The notes: generated by a model not told the origin, from the sequence alone. A DNA stretch of 64,000 nucleotides from Ostrea edulis (GCF_947568905.1 NC_079167.1:69998001-70062000), one strand, 5' to 3'. Counted from the first letter of the stretch, positions 25,748 through 40,370 are shown. Translations and numbers: made by a program.

Positions 25748-26053
25748 AATAATAATAATGATTGGTTTTATATAGCGCCTTTTCCAGCGTATGCTGCTCA
25801 AAGCGCTTTACATTATTACCCCGGCAGACCTTATATCAATCTAGAACTTTCTCAGCTTCCTGGGAAGCATACAGTGCATGCAAGCAATATCTTTCACTGT
25901 CTATAGCCAGGTACCCCTTTTACACTTGAGTGAGGAAATTCATGTAAAGTGCCTTTCCCAAGGACACAACGTCGGCCCTACCGCGGCCAGGACTCGAACC
26001 CACGACCTTTCGGTCGAGAGTCTGACAGCCTAAAACCACTATGCCACCGACGC
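25748..26053 (-). mobile_element. CORE-type SINE with a tRNA-derived head and an L2/CR1-like tail
   Basis: On the minus strand: B-box GGTTCGAGTCC, CORE-like gttgtgtccttgggaaaggcactttac, tail agcgctttgagc...aaaggcgctatataaaac, then (ATT)n. Confidence 0.72.
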
Positions 26054-26526
26054 TAATCGTCATATCTTGTGCCAGGGCGTATTTTATGTATTTTAAAATA
26101 ACTAATTTGTTCTTTCATCAAATATTAGAAATCCCAACATAAACCCCTCATCATTTTTAAGGTCAACGAATACCAAAGATTTTGGACACATCAAATAAAG
26201 TAAAATTTTACTGTGTTTATACATGGGATTTTCTATTCGGCCAAATAAGTTGAACAACAAAGAAAATCGGTCATTAATACGTACATGAAATGCACCAATA
26301 AATTTCTTATGAACTCTCAAGTAAAGATGCATTCATGAATGATAATGAAAGGTGGTTTCTTAGGAAAATTTTGTTCTCAAATTGAATTCTAAGCAATATC
26401 ATTTTAAAGAATTTACAACTCGTGAAAAATTTATGGCTGTCATTTTTTGTGATTGTCCTATGTCCTCAAAACTTACAGGCAGTGGCATCGCTAGGGGTCA
26501 GGGTCGAATTTACACGTATTTACCAA

Positions 26527-26585
<59 letters not shown>

Positions 26586-26973
26586 ATGTATGTAATGATA
26601 TGCACCACAGAGAGGTATGTATAGTTTACATATGATATATATCAATATGTCCGATAGTTAATTAATAATTATGTATAGCCTTATATGACAAATTATAAAT
26701 GAATACACCTGTATATAATCTATGTTTTGTCAACAAAAGGGGTGTAGGCGTACTCCTATGGCGTGTAAAACGTTGCACTATTATACTAATCTTATTATTC
26801 ATATTCAAAAACTTGTAATTTATATTCTAAAACATATCATTCATCGAAAAGTTGTTATTCATATTCGATAATTTTATCATTCATATTCAAAAACGTGTAT
26901 AAAACCAATCAATCATTTAGGTACATACAACTGTTTTTCGATGGAAGTTTTCAAGCAAAGGTGTAATAATAAT

Positions 26974-27312
26974 TACGGCGGCGTAGAAAGGCCAAGTAAA
27001 AAAAAATATTATTCGTTCGGACGAATTAGTAATTCGTTCGGACGAATTAGCAATTTGTTCGGACGAATTATTTATTCGTTCGGACGAATTAGCAATTGTT
27101 CGGACGAATTAGCTATTTGTTCGGACAAATTAGCAATTCGTTCGGACGAATTAGCTATTTGTTCGGACAAATTAGTAATTCGTTCGGACGAATTAGCAAT
27201 TTGTTCGGACGAAGTAGAAATTTGTTCGAACGAATAAGTAAATTTGTTCGGGCAAATAAGTAATTTGTTCGGACGAATTTGTAATTAGCTATAAGGCAAC
27301 GCCAATGCCGTA
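26974..27312 (+). mobile_element. Third TAYGG-ended element with a 21-bp minisatellite (ttcgttcggacgaattagtaa); inverted second copy at 28363-28660
   Basis: Termini TACGG...CCGTA and a 21-bp tandem array. No matching 6-bp TSD, consistent with the local rearrangement described in the findings. Confidence 0.65.
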
Positions 27313-27620
27313 GTGAAACATCATAAAGTGGTGGTTGGGAAGCACAAAGCTTAAATTGGGGCACATGCTAAAATGGGATTCAATTCCAAAATTTTCCATA
27401 TAAACATCATGAAGATGGCGACGGTAAATACAGTAAACTACATAACCACCCCAACCCCTGAAATAACAAGCTAAAATGACAAAAAAGTTTTTCGATAGGA
27501 CAAAATGATATATGCTGTCTTTATAGAGAGTTCTGTAGATACATGTACATGTAGGTACATGTATACATACATATACAGAGATCTATAAGCTTGTAGGGAG
27601 GGTTGGCAGCGGATACTCGT

Positions 27621-27823
27621 CAGGGACGTAGCAACAGGGAGGGAGGGGGACAGGAAGGGCCTGGTCCTCTCCCCACTTTTTAAAAAAATCTTCCCTTTTT
27701 TTTTTTTTTTTTTTTTTTTACATATTAAAATTATTTTGGTCCGGCTGACCCCCCCCCCCCCCCCCACACTCCTTTTTGGCTGGCCTCCAGCTTCCCCCTT
27801 TCAAAAACGATGCTACGCGCCTG
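27621..27823. mobile_element. CAG-ended MITE with a 5-bp TSD
   Basis: Imperfect TIR CAGGGACGTAGCA/TGCTACGCGCCTG; TSD CTCGT (27616-27620, 27824-27828). A left-truncated duplicate ends at ~28903. Confidence 0.72.
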
Positions 27824-28362
27824 CTCGTGTCCCCATAACACTTTCAAAAGTAGGGAGTGGGGACAAGAGCATGTTTGTGCCCCCTCACTACACTTCTGGG
27901 AAATTTATGTTCTAAAATTGTTCTAGGCCCCTAATTGCTATAAAGAAAAATTGGTATAAAATTTGGATATCCAGATTTGCGTTGACAAAACTTTGATAGG
28001 CTCTGATTGGCGCATAATTGCATTATTGTCGTCCTATACAAAACTTTAGTTTCTTATTGAATGTGTTACACTCCGTTGTACAGAAAATTTTCATTTAATA
28101 AACTTTTGCCCGGGGAAGGGGCGGGGGAAGGGGGGTTTGAGGCCTACCTCAAACTTTTAAGACTGAGCAAGGTGTAGGGATTCCCACAATCTTTAGCTTG
28201 TTATTTCAAGGGTTGGGGGGGGGGGGGGGGTATGAAGTTTACTGTATTAACCGTCGCCATTTTCATGATGTTTATATGGAAAATTTTGGAATTGAATCCC
28301 ATTTTAGCATGTGCCCCAATTTAAGTTTTGTGCTTCCCAACCACCACTTTATGATGTTTCAC

Positions 28363-28660
28363 TACGGCATTGGCGTTGCCTTATAGCTAATTACAAATTC
28401 GTCCGAACAAATTGCTAACTCGTCCGAACAAATTACTTATTTGCCCGAACAAATTTACTTATTCGTTCGAACGAATTTCTACTTCGTCCGAACAAATTGC
28501 TAATTCGTCCGAACGAATTACTAATTTGTCCGATCAAATAGCTAATTCGTCCGAACAAATAACTTATTTGTCCGAACAAATAGCTAATTCGTCCGAACGA
28601 ATTACTAATTCGTCCGAACGAATAATATTTTTTTTTACTTGGCCTTTCTACACTGCCGTA
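28363..28660 (-). mobile_element. Inverted copy of the 26974-27312 element, about two repeat units shorter
   Basis: Reverse complement of 26974-27312, with a few substitutions. Confidence 0.7.
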
Positions 28661-29364
28661 ATAGAGAGCTCTGTAGATACATGTACATGTATACATACAT
28701 ATACAGAGATCTATAAGCTTGTAGGGAGGGTTGTCAGCGGGTACAGGAAGGGCCTGGTCCCCTCCCCACTTTTAAATCTTCCCTTTTTTTCTTTTTTTTT
28801 TTACATATTAAAATTCTTTTTGGTCCGGCTGACCCCCCCCCCCCCCCCACTCCTTTTTGGCTGGCCCCCAGCTTCCCCCTTTCAAAAACGATGCTACGCG
28901 CCTGCTCGTGTCCCCATAACACTTTCAAAAGTAGGGAGTGGGGACAAGAGTATGTTTGTGCCCCCTCACTACACTTCTGGGAAATTTCTGTTCTAAAATT
29001 GTAATTGCTATAAAGAAAGGTGGGCCTACTAGTACATCATAAAATTTGGATATCCAGATTTGCGTTGACAAAACTTTGATAGGCTCTGATTGGCGCGTAA
29101 TTGCATTATTGTCGTCCTATACAAAACTTTAGTTTCTTATTGAATGTGTTACACTCCGTTGTACAGAAAATTTTCATTTAATAAACTTTTGCCCGGGGAA
29201 GGGGGGTGGAGGGGGAATTATAGAGTTATAGAAAACGCATTGCAGATCGTATCTATTTCAAACGCTCAAACGACATATATTCTTCTGAAATCTACGACGA
29301 ACCGTACGCGTATCAATTCGAATTTTGTGATATGTTTTTATCATACATATAGTATCACCGTTTT

Positions 29365-29410
<46 letters not shown>

Positions 29411-31303
29411 GAACGATCCACGATCGGTCGCTTCTTCAGAAATATTTACCGGCATAGAAAACAAAAATCAAGTTGTAAAAAAAATCACCACAAAAATGTT
29501 TTAAAAAACAACCCAAAGACAAACCAGCACTAAGGCTAAACTACAAAGATCAAGAGGGGACCTGGGCGTCAACATGTACATACTGAAATCTTCAGTTTTT
29601 TCACGGAGCTACATGTATAGAAATACATCTGTTCCCAACGACAGTCAAGACTATGTTAAATAGTTAGATATATTACTCTTGTTGATATCAATAGAAAAGC
29701 ATGTTTTAACAAAAACGAAATGTCAATAAACAGCTTAGCTTTCCGAGAATTCACTAATTTTTCCAAATGGTCCGACTTCGGATTTTAGATTTTTTTCTAC
29801 CGCAAAAAAGTATAACTATTGTTGAAACTCGGAATAGAAAACAAGTGAAAATGAATTAACAGAGAGTAAAGTTGATTTCCTTGTGACAGATACATGAATA
29901 AATGTGAAAGTTGTGAAAACAATTTTCTGTTACGTAAATCTAGGCATATTTCAGTTGAAATGTCGATCCAAGCATAAGCCGTCATTGGTCGCGGCATTTG
30001 TAACACGTTTTCCAGACTCAAAACATGATTAATTAAAGGTTTGCGAAGAGCTCCTCAAAAGACAATACGCTCCGTCGATAATTTTTCACTCATAAAACGT
30101 CACGAGTTGTATGTTAAGTCCTGTATTTTAGCGTTCAGGGCCGTAGCAGTGAGCTGTTTTTAAACGTGCCAACGGGCCGGACCTCCATTTTTGAGGTCAT
30201 ACCCGAAAGACCAAAACATTACCCGTAGATGCAAAAAGAAAAAAGAAAAATAGAGATGTAGTTTTGATATAAATACAATTGACACTATGCCATAGAGAAC
30301 TATGATCAGTATATTAACTTTTTAAAAAAAACCCATTAAAAAAAAAAACCAAACAAAAACCTGACAATACATAGAACACTCGTTGTGATCAAGAAACGAT
30401 TAATAACCACAAGTTAAATACAGATTCCTCAGATGAGGGGGAAAACCCCAACAAAAATCAGACACGTAGAATGTCTTAATCTCAGTGCGCTTTGCACAAT
30501 ACACTGTTGATTTTGCAAATTTGTATCACGAATTCGATCGTAAGAGTCGGATGTAGCGTTCACACTGAAAGTTTCCACCCAAATGTGTAAGTCACGTGAA
30601 ATCAACGGAAGTATTACTCTATATTGTATTTTCCTCCCATTCAAACTGCTGCACTTGAAATAACGAACAAATTAAACAGTTTATCATGCTTCTTTCTTTT
30701 CTTTTTTTTCTTTTTGGTTGCTTCCCCCCCCCCCCCCCCATGTCGCTGAAAGGAGCAATACAAATCAGCAAGATTGACCAAACCACAAGACCACGGTATG
30801 GATATAGCAATACCATAAATATTTGCAACTCCGAAATCAATGGGAATCAATTGGGATTTGACAATTTCGTGATTATGATAATTTCTAAATTACAAAGCCG
30901 TATTGATGGAGCACCAGTTGAAAGCCAGAACTTCAATAATTCTATAAAATGCTCTGTGATGTGGGAATCTCTACAATTACTGTTAGCGTCCGCAGAACGA
31001 AGAGGACAAATTAATTAATATTTACATTGTCATTGATCTGACGAAACAACTCTGCATACGGGTATTTAATGTAAATGTCAACTTTCTCACAGTACAGAAA
31101 GTGAAAGTGCGAAAGTAGACATCACCAACAAACGTCACGGCGAGAAGTCGGCGACTCACAAGCGCTTGGATATTCTACACTACTTAATTAATATATTTAG
31201 GATAAAAGAAATACTGCAATGCATGTTGTCTTCGTTATTTAAGCTTCCTTGCAATATGGTGATAATGTCATATTTCTTGTTTGCCTTCTCGATCCCGACT
31301 ATA

Positions 31304-31563
31304 TGATTGATTGTATACTGTTTAACGTCCCACTCGAGATTTTTTCACTCATTTGGAGACGTCATTATTGTCGGTGAAGGACTGAAACAACGTTAAGTCT
31401 ATGCTCGGCACGTACGACAGAGAAGGATCTTTCTTATGCCACACCTGCTGTGACACGGAGCATCGGTTTTTTGCGGTATTCTTCAAAGGACCGCCCCATT
31501 TAGTTGCCTTTTACGACAAGCAAGGAGGTACCGAGGACCTATTCTGACCCAGATCCCCGCGGG
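31304..31563 (-). mobile_element. SINE, full-length-like copy of the cccgtggggatccggg-headed family
   Basis: The reverse complement matches 44341-44590, including the tail ...ctcgagtgggacgttaaacagtatacaatcaatca. Confidence 0.8.
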
Positions 31564-32600
31564 AGTAGATCCATATGATGATGGTACACTCTCCATTTGT
31601 TGTTTCACGTCACATTCGAGTTTTTTTTATTCATGTAAACTAGAGGCTTCGTAAGTTTTAGATAACGTGCCACAAATTTTGACCTTATGCATGGTGTTCA
31701 AGGTCCTAGCAGCCTTCTGTGACACGTGATATCCGTAAAACCCGCGACTTTCACTTTCAAGGTTGAGCATTCACGAATGATATAATACTATGTTTATATT
31801 ACTAGCATTTCTGAAAGTGTTCTTTATTTATTATTAGTGAAAATATTTATTATTAATGAAAAGAGATTTATTTTGATATGATATCCTTTAACTTTGGGAT
31901 GAAGTTTGCAATAAGCCAAACATGGCTCTAAGCTATGGAGGATCTATTTGCTGCCAAGCAACGGAGCGTTATTTTTAATCAAAGCTTAATTAATTCAATC
32001 GATGTCTTAATCAACCGAATGAAATTGCCGTATTGGCGAATATTAATTTTCAGAGAAGATTTGATGATTTATTTCTGTAGCCGATACAAAATGAGAAAAA
32101 ATTGACTTACCGTCAATTATATTATAACAAATCAGTACCGTTTATAATGATAATCTATCTATAGAATGGAGTTACCGGCAATCATTTTATAACAAATATC
32201 AGTACCGTTTATAACGATAAATCACTTATAGAATTGGACAAAATTGGTATGAAGAACTTGTCCTACTAATTTCAATTATTGGTGGGGTATATGCTCACCC
32301 GAGGTCTTTGTTCGATAAAGCGGATAAAGCTGGCGTTCTCTGCTTCCGCTCGAAGACCGAGCGTGTGCATATTTCCCGATATTTAGTTGATAAACACATA
32401 CATGTACATATATTTGTCATATTTTACTGAATTGAAATTCCCGAAGTGCACACTCGTTTGTAGTCGAACTATACCCGACCTCGGAACGTTGCATGAAACC
32501 GGGCCTCGTAAGCTCGGGACATTTGGTCGTTACTTTAGGTGGGCATATTCTCCGTAAACAATAAATAGAAAACATTATCAAAGTATGCATTGTTTGATCA

Positions 32601-33600
32601 AGATGTCTACATCAGTCACACCGAGATATCTACATCAGTCACACCGAGATGTCTACATCAGTCATACCGAGATGTCTACATCAGTCATACCGAGATATCT
32701 ACATCAGTCATACCGAGATGTCTACATCAGTCATACCGGGATATCTACATCAGTCACACCGAGATATCTACATCAGTCATACCGGGATATTTACATCAGT
32801 CATACCGAGATATCTACATCAGTCATACCGAGATATCTACATCAGTCATACCGAGATGTCTACATCAGTCATACCGGGATATCTACATCAGTCACACCGA
32901 GATATCTACATCAGTCATACCGGGATATTTACATCAGTCATACCGAGATATCTACATCAGTCATACCGAGATATCTACATCAGTCATACCGAGATGTCTA
33001 CATCAGTCATACCGGGATATCTACATCAGTCACACCGAGATATCTACATCAGTCATACCGGGATATTTACATCAGTCATACCGAGATATCTACATCAGTC
33101 ATACCGAGATATCTACATCAGTCATACCGAGATATTTACATCAGTCATACCGAGATATCTACATCAGTCATACCGAGATATCAACATCAGTCACACCGAG
33201 ATATCTACATCAGTCATACCGGGATATTTACATCAGTCATACCGGGATGTCTACATCAGTCACACCGAGATATCTACATCAGTCATACCGAGATATCTAC
33301 ATCAGTCATACCGAGATATTTACATCAGTCATACCGAGATATCTACATCAGTCATACCGAGATATCTACATCAGTCATACCGAGATATTTACATCAGTCA
33401 TACCGAGATGTCTACATCAGTCATACCGGGATATCTACATCAGTCACACCGAGATATCTACATCAGTCATACCGAGATATTTACATCAGTCATACCGAGA
33501 TATCTACATCAGTCATACCGAGATATCTACATCAGTCATACCGAGATATCTACATCATTCATACCGAGATATCTACATCAGTCATACCGGGATATTTACA
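32601..33600. repeat. 23-bp minisatellite, ~43 copies
   Basis: Unit ctacatcagtcataccgagatat. The three overlapping ORFs here show a 23-aa period (3 units). Confidence 0.97.
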
Positions 33601-34087
33601 GCTGAGTAGAGTAGAGTAGAGTCAGCAGCTTGATAGTTGTGTAGACTTCCCAACAAACGGTCAGATCCTTCAACTTTCAAACAATGTCGAGACTATGAAA
33701 TATGTCAGTGACAGGATGTTTTGAATGAAAACATAACAAATTGACCGATAGATTTAGGAAAGTTTATTTATATTCTTATTTTGTAGACGTCGCGTAAAAA
33801 AACCCACCCACATTTCATGCAGACCACAGTTTCCCACTTCATTCTTCCATCATTAGCCATTATTAGTTCTATAACAATATATAGTTGTATTTTCAACAAG
33901 AAAATCACGATACATCTGGAATGATGGTGTAAAAAAATAAATAATAATAACAATAAATAAAAAATAATCCACTTATACATGTATACCGGACATTAAACAA
34001 TTAGTAAAACTAAAAAAGATATAAAGAATCTATGAACTTTGGTGATTGACGTCATGTCACTATTTAGAAAATTTATCAATGATTAAA

Positions 34088-34400
34088 AGAAAGCTGTATG
34101 AAAGGTGAAAATAACGAACAGTGATCAATCTCATAACTCCCATAAGGAATACAAATAAGAGAGTTGGGCAAACACAAACCTTTGGATATACCAGAGGTGG
34201 GATCAGGTACATAGGATGAGTAAGCATCCCCTGTCGACCGGTCACACCCATCGCGAACCCTATATCTTAATCAGGTAAACGGAGTAATCGGTAGTCAAAA
34301 TCAATGTGTCATGAACCGGTATGAAACACGTCAGACAGCATTTGACCCAAATGATAAGTTGCATTGGCAAACTGGATCATTATAACGACCATAGAAGAAA
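34088..34400 (-). mobile_element. 3' remnant of a retroelement (Penelope-like, tentative)
   Basis: Homologous to 47490-47770 (gaacagtgatcaat...ccagaggtggga...gtaagcatcccctgtc...gtaaacggag...gcatttgaccca). Degenerate copies occur at ~48070-48230 and ~61130-61325. Confidence 0.6.
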
Positions 34401-37400
34401 TATTAGATTGAGCACTTAATCATTATAGGTTATTAACTAAATATAGGGAAATATGCCTGCCCGAGGTCGATGCGTGGTAAAGGGTTCCGAACTTGTGTGG
34501 TACGCTTCCGCACAACGACCAAGGGCAAACATAGTTCCCGATATGTAGTCAATAACCTCTTTATAAGAACTTATTTTCAAATTCTATGTTCTTCTAATTA
34601 TAGAAACACAAATTCCTTTACATGGAGTGTGTACGGCCTTGTAAACAGATTTTACATCATAATAATTGAGTTATCAATCGGATCATGCGCACGTCCTTTT
34701 CCGTAACCGGTAAGTTTACGATTGATTGAGTTATATGAGCAGAGGTGACGTCATAATTAAGTTAAAGTACATGTAGTCCCCGGGTTTTTATGGCTCAGTG
34801 AAATCCTGGGTACTCTCTTTAGAATGTATGTGAAAAAATCTCAGAATATGCAATAAGCAACATTACAGCACAATATCAAAATTTATACAATAGTATTGTT
34901 TAATCTGATATATTCATTCAACATTGTGTGTGTGTTTGTTTGTGTGCATGTACGTGTGTGTTATTCTTGTAAACCACTGTCGTCCAAAGAATTCGAGTAC
35001 AAGGGCGTTGGGTCGTATACATTCTTCTCCATTCTTTGTTTTTTTTAAAAATAAGTATGATTGTTTGAATGAATATGCCAAATCATGATTTGATACATTT
35101 GATTGATTTGTCAGAATATGGAGCGCGTAGCAACTGACGTTATATTTTGATGTCATAACTCTCTATTTCAGTCTGTGTAGATAATTAATTTCGTATGCAT
35201 ACTCCGATTGGTCAATGAGCGCTAGTGTATCTCCTTGACCAAGAGTAGTATCCATTGTAGTTTTATTAGTGATTCAATGTTTTGTAGTTGGATATCGGAT
35301 TTATTCCACTGAGATAGGATTATCAAAAAATATTCGCTCTCGTAAAATATATTTTCAAAAGCCAATTTTTCTGTTTATTACAATTTCTTTGGTTTTAAAG
35401 CACGTTTACTTCAAACCTTAATGACATCACAATCAGTACTTCACGTCACAAATAGTTGTGTTATTTTCACAAGTGAAAAACATAATTTTTATTCTATGGA
35501 TAAATCATAGTATTTCACTGTTTAAAATGTAATAGATTATTTACTTTAACATTGCGTTAAACAATAACAATTGCCTCGAACACTTTGAAATTTATTGAAA
35601 CTACTCAACATGTTGTGATAATGACATACAATTACATGTAGTTTTGCGAATACCAGAAAAATACTTAAAGATGAAACCTTTGAAATCACGCGCTGCTTTG
35701 TGACGCCTATTCTCCCCAAGTAATGATATATTTTTCGGAAACGCACCACGCTATTATTGACAGAACCAAGAATTACCAAAGATCTCCCTATGCAAAGTTT
35801 CTCCTGTCCTATCTTGACTATGGATAAAAGATCTATCGTGACGGACAGTTTACCCTCCTAAAGAAAACTAGTTCTTTAAGATTCTGATAAGGAAGAAATT
35901 TTGAATACGTATTTTTCATCAATTTCAAATATTGAAAATTCATACCAAAAGCTACCTGAAACATATTCTTTGAATATCAAAAGGGGGAAAAATCAAGGAA
36001 TGCTTTGCATCAATTCTTCAAACCAAGCTATCGTTTTTGATGAATGAAGGAGATAACACGAATTGAGTGTTATTGATACGTATCCTTGGGGTGAATTGCG
36101 TATCGTGCAACATCAATACATTACTGTACCATAATAACTTCATTTTGTCTGCAGCTCACAAATTTATCAATGAAGCTGGTAATTCAATAATTCCTAACTA
36201 TCAATATACACCGCATATGACCGATTTTTAAGATTTTTATAACGTTATAAATGTACTAGAGAAAGCCGCAAGTTTGTTGTTGTTTTTTAAATTTACTTTT
36301 CCAGTTTTTGGAATAAATGCCTAGATTCTTTGTACATGTATCATTGGGTCATTGGATATTTGATAAACAATGAAAGCTTTGGAATAATTTGTATAATGGG
36401 TGAACAACCTATCTATTCCTTATTTCTGTTACATTTTCAACAATGAAATACTGAAATTTATCCATTGAATAAAAATTGATATTTTCACAGATATTTCCAC
36501 ACTGTGAAAATAACAAAAGTTTTACTTGCCGCGATAATTTATCCGCGATTTTAAGATCACCTTCATTTTATGCTATATAAAATTAATTTAAAAAAAATGT
36601 TTTTTGCTATTTGAATACTCAAAACTAATTTGATTTTCACTTTGGGGATGGTGTGGGGTGGGGTGGGTGGTGGTTGCTTGATCCGCCTATCCGGTAGAGC
36701 ATAGCATGTCCCAGATGACGTCATGTCATATCGATTGACATAGATTACAGGGACAACTAAAGGTACTGAAGGAAAAACCGAAGAAAATATAATAAACAGA
36801 AAATTTATTGTTTGTAAACTCTCAGTGAACGTATGCAGAGATGATATCTTTCTTCTGACTTTGACTATTTCCTTTTATATACGTGTTACCTTTAGAACCT
36901 TGCATCACACTCGTGAAAATATTAAAAAAAACATCTTGTCTCACTCATGAAATGAATTCTATATCTAACAACAAAACATTAAACATCCTCGATATTTTTT
37001 GTATTATATAGGTTTTTATGTCGGTGCTTTGATTGAGAAATGTAATACATTGTGAGATTATTACTGACAGTGTATATTTATCTATATATATATAGTTGAC
37101 CTTCGTAAATTAGAAATAACTGTCCTTTGAACTAACCAATATGGATTATGAAATGGATTGTCCACTCAGCATCATTAGGATACTATTCTGATGGCAAATT
37201 TTATTTTACTATGGCTTTAAAATTAATGGAATTGATTCCTCCGGGTAAAATAACGTAGTTATGCCTGCACACTGTAATCCAGTTCTTGTGTTGCACTCTG
37301 TCAGGGCATGAAGGTTGATCACAATGTTAGCAGCCCGATAAAACCGCCCAATGAGGGCTTATAATGAGCCTTCTATCGGATAGATTTCGGCATCACTAAA

Positions 37401-39257
37401 GAAATTGATCGAATAAATACGGACTACTACTGCATACTCTGTTAACCATCGTTAGATATCTTGAAATTAATATTCTGTTTTGGGAAAACAAACTTTAAGT
37501 TTGGTTAATTAATCTAAATGCGTGTTTTTCGCAGAAAATGTAATCGTTCAAAATATATAGATATGACATTCAATAAATGCGAGAAATGAATACCACTGAA
37601 ATATTGAATTACAATAACAGGGAAAAAAACTTAAATTGATGAAAGATAATGTATAGTCAGTACTTACGAACGATTTTCTCAGACTGAGGAGAAATAAACA
37701 TCCACCATTAAGCCAATATCTCTATTTAAGCTGAGATTGCGGGATCGAGCGTGGGCTTAGATCATATACAGCGCATGTCAAACCCGTCTGATCGATCAAT
37801 AGTTCTCACTGTAAGCATGGTTACCATTCTCCAATGAAAAATATTATCATCTCAGAGTCTTACGCGTAACTCAAAACCCAACGAAAAAGTGTTTACTTTT
37901 ATCATTCTTCATCATTTAAGATGTGATACAAACGAGTTTTGTGTTAAGATGAATGACTGTATAGGAATAGGGTCTCCCTAATGTCGCCTGTCCATTCAGT
38001 GATGCATGCGTCTTGTTTGTAGTGGTCATCGATTTTCATTCCTTAATGATTGACAATGCAGCTGACAGGCGATGTTGATATTTGGTTCCTATTAACGAGA
38101 CATTTACATTACCAAAGACAGGTGGTAAGCTACGCCGTTCAAAATTGCTTCCTTGTTGCATTTTGATTGGTGAAATATGTGAAACGAAATTCAGATGATC
38201 ACGCAATGCGTTCAAAAATTAGAAAGAAATTGATTTCTGTCATATCTAAATATTCCATAAAAAGAGCGTGGATGCAAGTATAAAAAATGTTAGAAAATAC
38301 AATTTTTGTTTTGCGAAAGAGACTTTTCAAAAGGATTAGATTTGTATATACATGTATAAGATAGACATGTGAGAATATAAAGTTGAATTTTGAATACTAA
38401 TTTTGAAAAGCTATACAGACTTTTCAACATTGAAACATGCAATCTAAAGGAATTGTATTTTAGGTAAAAAGTCTATATAAAATGCTAGTAAAAATGTCGA
38501 TTGTACAATGACCTACAAGGATCACATAAAAATTAACGAATTGGTACTTCGTTTGGACAAATTTAATTTTTCATCCGGTCAACTAGATTCTCTTTTCGGT
38601 CGAATTAACACTTTGTTTAGAGTTTTTCGTTCGAATGAAGTATAGTTTTTCCATTCGGATGTTGTTCTTCATTCAGGCAAATTAGTTGTCCGTTCGAACG
38701 AAAAACTAACGCGTCCGAACACAAACTACTGATTTGTTCTATCTTTGAAATATCCTATTTGAAACTAAGCTAAACTACTAAATCTAGAATCATATTTAAA
38801 ACTAGAAAATATCCTACCTCAGGCGATATTTGAATAATAAGCTATGAATCACCCCATAATAGACAGATATGATGATACACTAAAACAAAATGATCAACCT
38901 AAACCGCGGTACATGTAACTAAATTGGTAATTTATTTGTTTTTGTGACAGTAATTTAGACGACTAGTTCAACAATTCGCTATGGTGACACTTTTCCGATA
39001 ATTATTGTCGACTCGCAAGATAATTCAATACTCTTGAAAAATTATAACAAGTTAAAACAAGTAAGCGTAAAAATGCTTTCACGTCGGAAATGCTCGATCC
39101 GATTAACAACATGGTGATCTGACAAGTCGGCATAATGTTCTGACAATTCAGCATAAAATTGCACCTTCTACAGAAAAAATAAGAAACACAAGATGTCTGA
39201 TTTTTGTTAAGGTGTAAAAGATTTGAATGCAATGGGTGATTGCAATGATTTTGAAAT

Positions 39258-39392
39258 TACTAGGAAACATATCGTAGTGGGTTTTTATGATACACTAAGA
39301 AACTTATCGAAGTGGGTTTTTATGAGATACATGTACTAGGACACATATCATTGTGGGTTTTTATGATATACTTGTAAACTTATCATAGTGGT
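39258..39392. repeat. Short imperfect tandem repeat (~35 bp, 3-4 copies)
   Basis: actaggaaacatatcgtagtgggtttttatgatac-like units; a lone copy recurs at ~40040. Confidence 0.7.
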
Positions 39393-40099
39393 ATTCTGAT
39401 TTTATAACACTTTCTCACGTTGTTTATCATTTTCTACGACAGCCTTGTTTGACACTGTTTGGCAATATTATGTTTGTACGGTACAGTACAGTGCCGTGAT
39501 TGGTTGGACGTCTCCGTACAGTAATTCTATTGGTTAAACCCCATCACGCGTTATACATTGTATTTCAGAACCCTACATATACAGCGCAAGCGACATCGAT
39601 TTCAGATACATATGTAAATACAAGTTTCATTGGCGGCAACATTCAAACTCCTATCCTCGGATACGATCCAGATTTCAAGATTAGGTTAGAAGTTTAATAA
39701 GACATTTATCTCCCAACACACTGGCCACCTGTTAAATACTTTATATCAACAAATATTCCTTTAACAAGTAATTTCCCTTTTTGCACTTAAACCTGTACGG
39801 CAGACATCTTAGACCATATGAGAGTATTTGCGAGATCACCTGCCAATTGAATGAAATAACATGTATTGAATTAAAACATTAATTACCTTCACTTATAGTC
39901 ATATCATATCAAACCAGAGACCCCTTTGGTTGGTGAATTCATTAACAGTACAGGTCTGAGAGCCCCTGACCCGAATTTGAGTTCTACTATTGTTTAGTCC
40001 CCACATCTCCCTCGCCATCCTTTGGGGAGCTTACAATATACTAGGAAACATATCGTAGTGGATTTTATGATATACAATTTGCAGAATTCAATAACATGA

Positions 40100-40370
40100 A
40101 ATGTACTTTGAAATTAGAACTGAAATTTTAAAATGTTTTAGAAATAGCATTGGTTAATGATATGAAAGCCCTTTCTGATATTATATTCTACAACTTCTTC
40201 AAAATACAAATGTAAACATAATCTTTTCAATACTGTACTTTGAAATTAGAACTGAAATTTTGAAATGTATTAGAAATAGCATTGGTTAATGATATGAAAG
40301 CCCTTTCTGATATTACATTCTACAACTTCCTCAAAATACAAATGTAAACATAATCTTTTCAATAATGTAC
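40100..40370. repeat. 132-bp tandem duplication
   Basis: tgtact begins at 40102, 40234 and 40366, and the two full units are near-identical. Confidence 0.9.

Noticed and set aside
25975-26053. tRNA gene
   Set aside because: It has a B-box but is contiguous with a CORE-like domain and LINE-like tail, so it is a SINE head.
26941-28996. ORFs with RISNSFG/SSEQIAN repeats
   Set aside because: Translations of the 21-bp array.
32585-33619. Three overlapping 318-344-aa ORFs
   Set aside because: The 23-bp unit lacks stop codons on this strand, so all three frames stay open; no domain is recognisable.
39500-39697. Possible exon (cag|NPTYTAQ...DPDFKI|gt) behind two CCAAT boxes
   Set aside because: No recognisable homology and no partner exons found.
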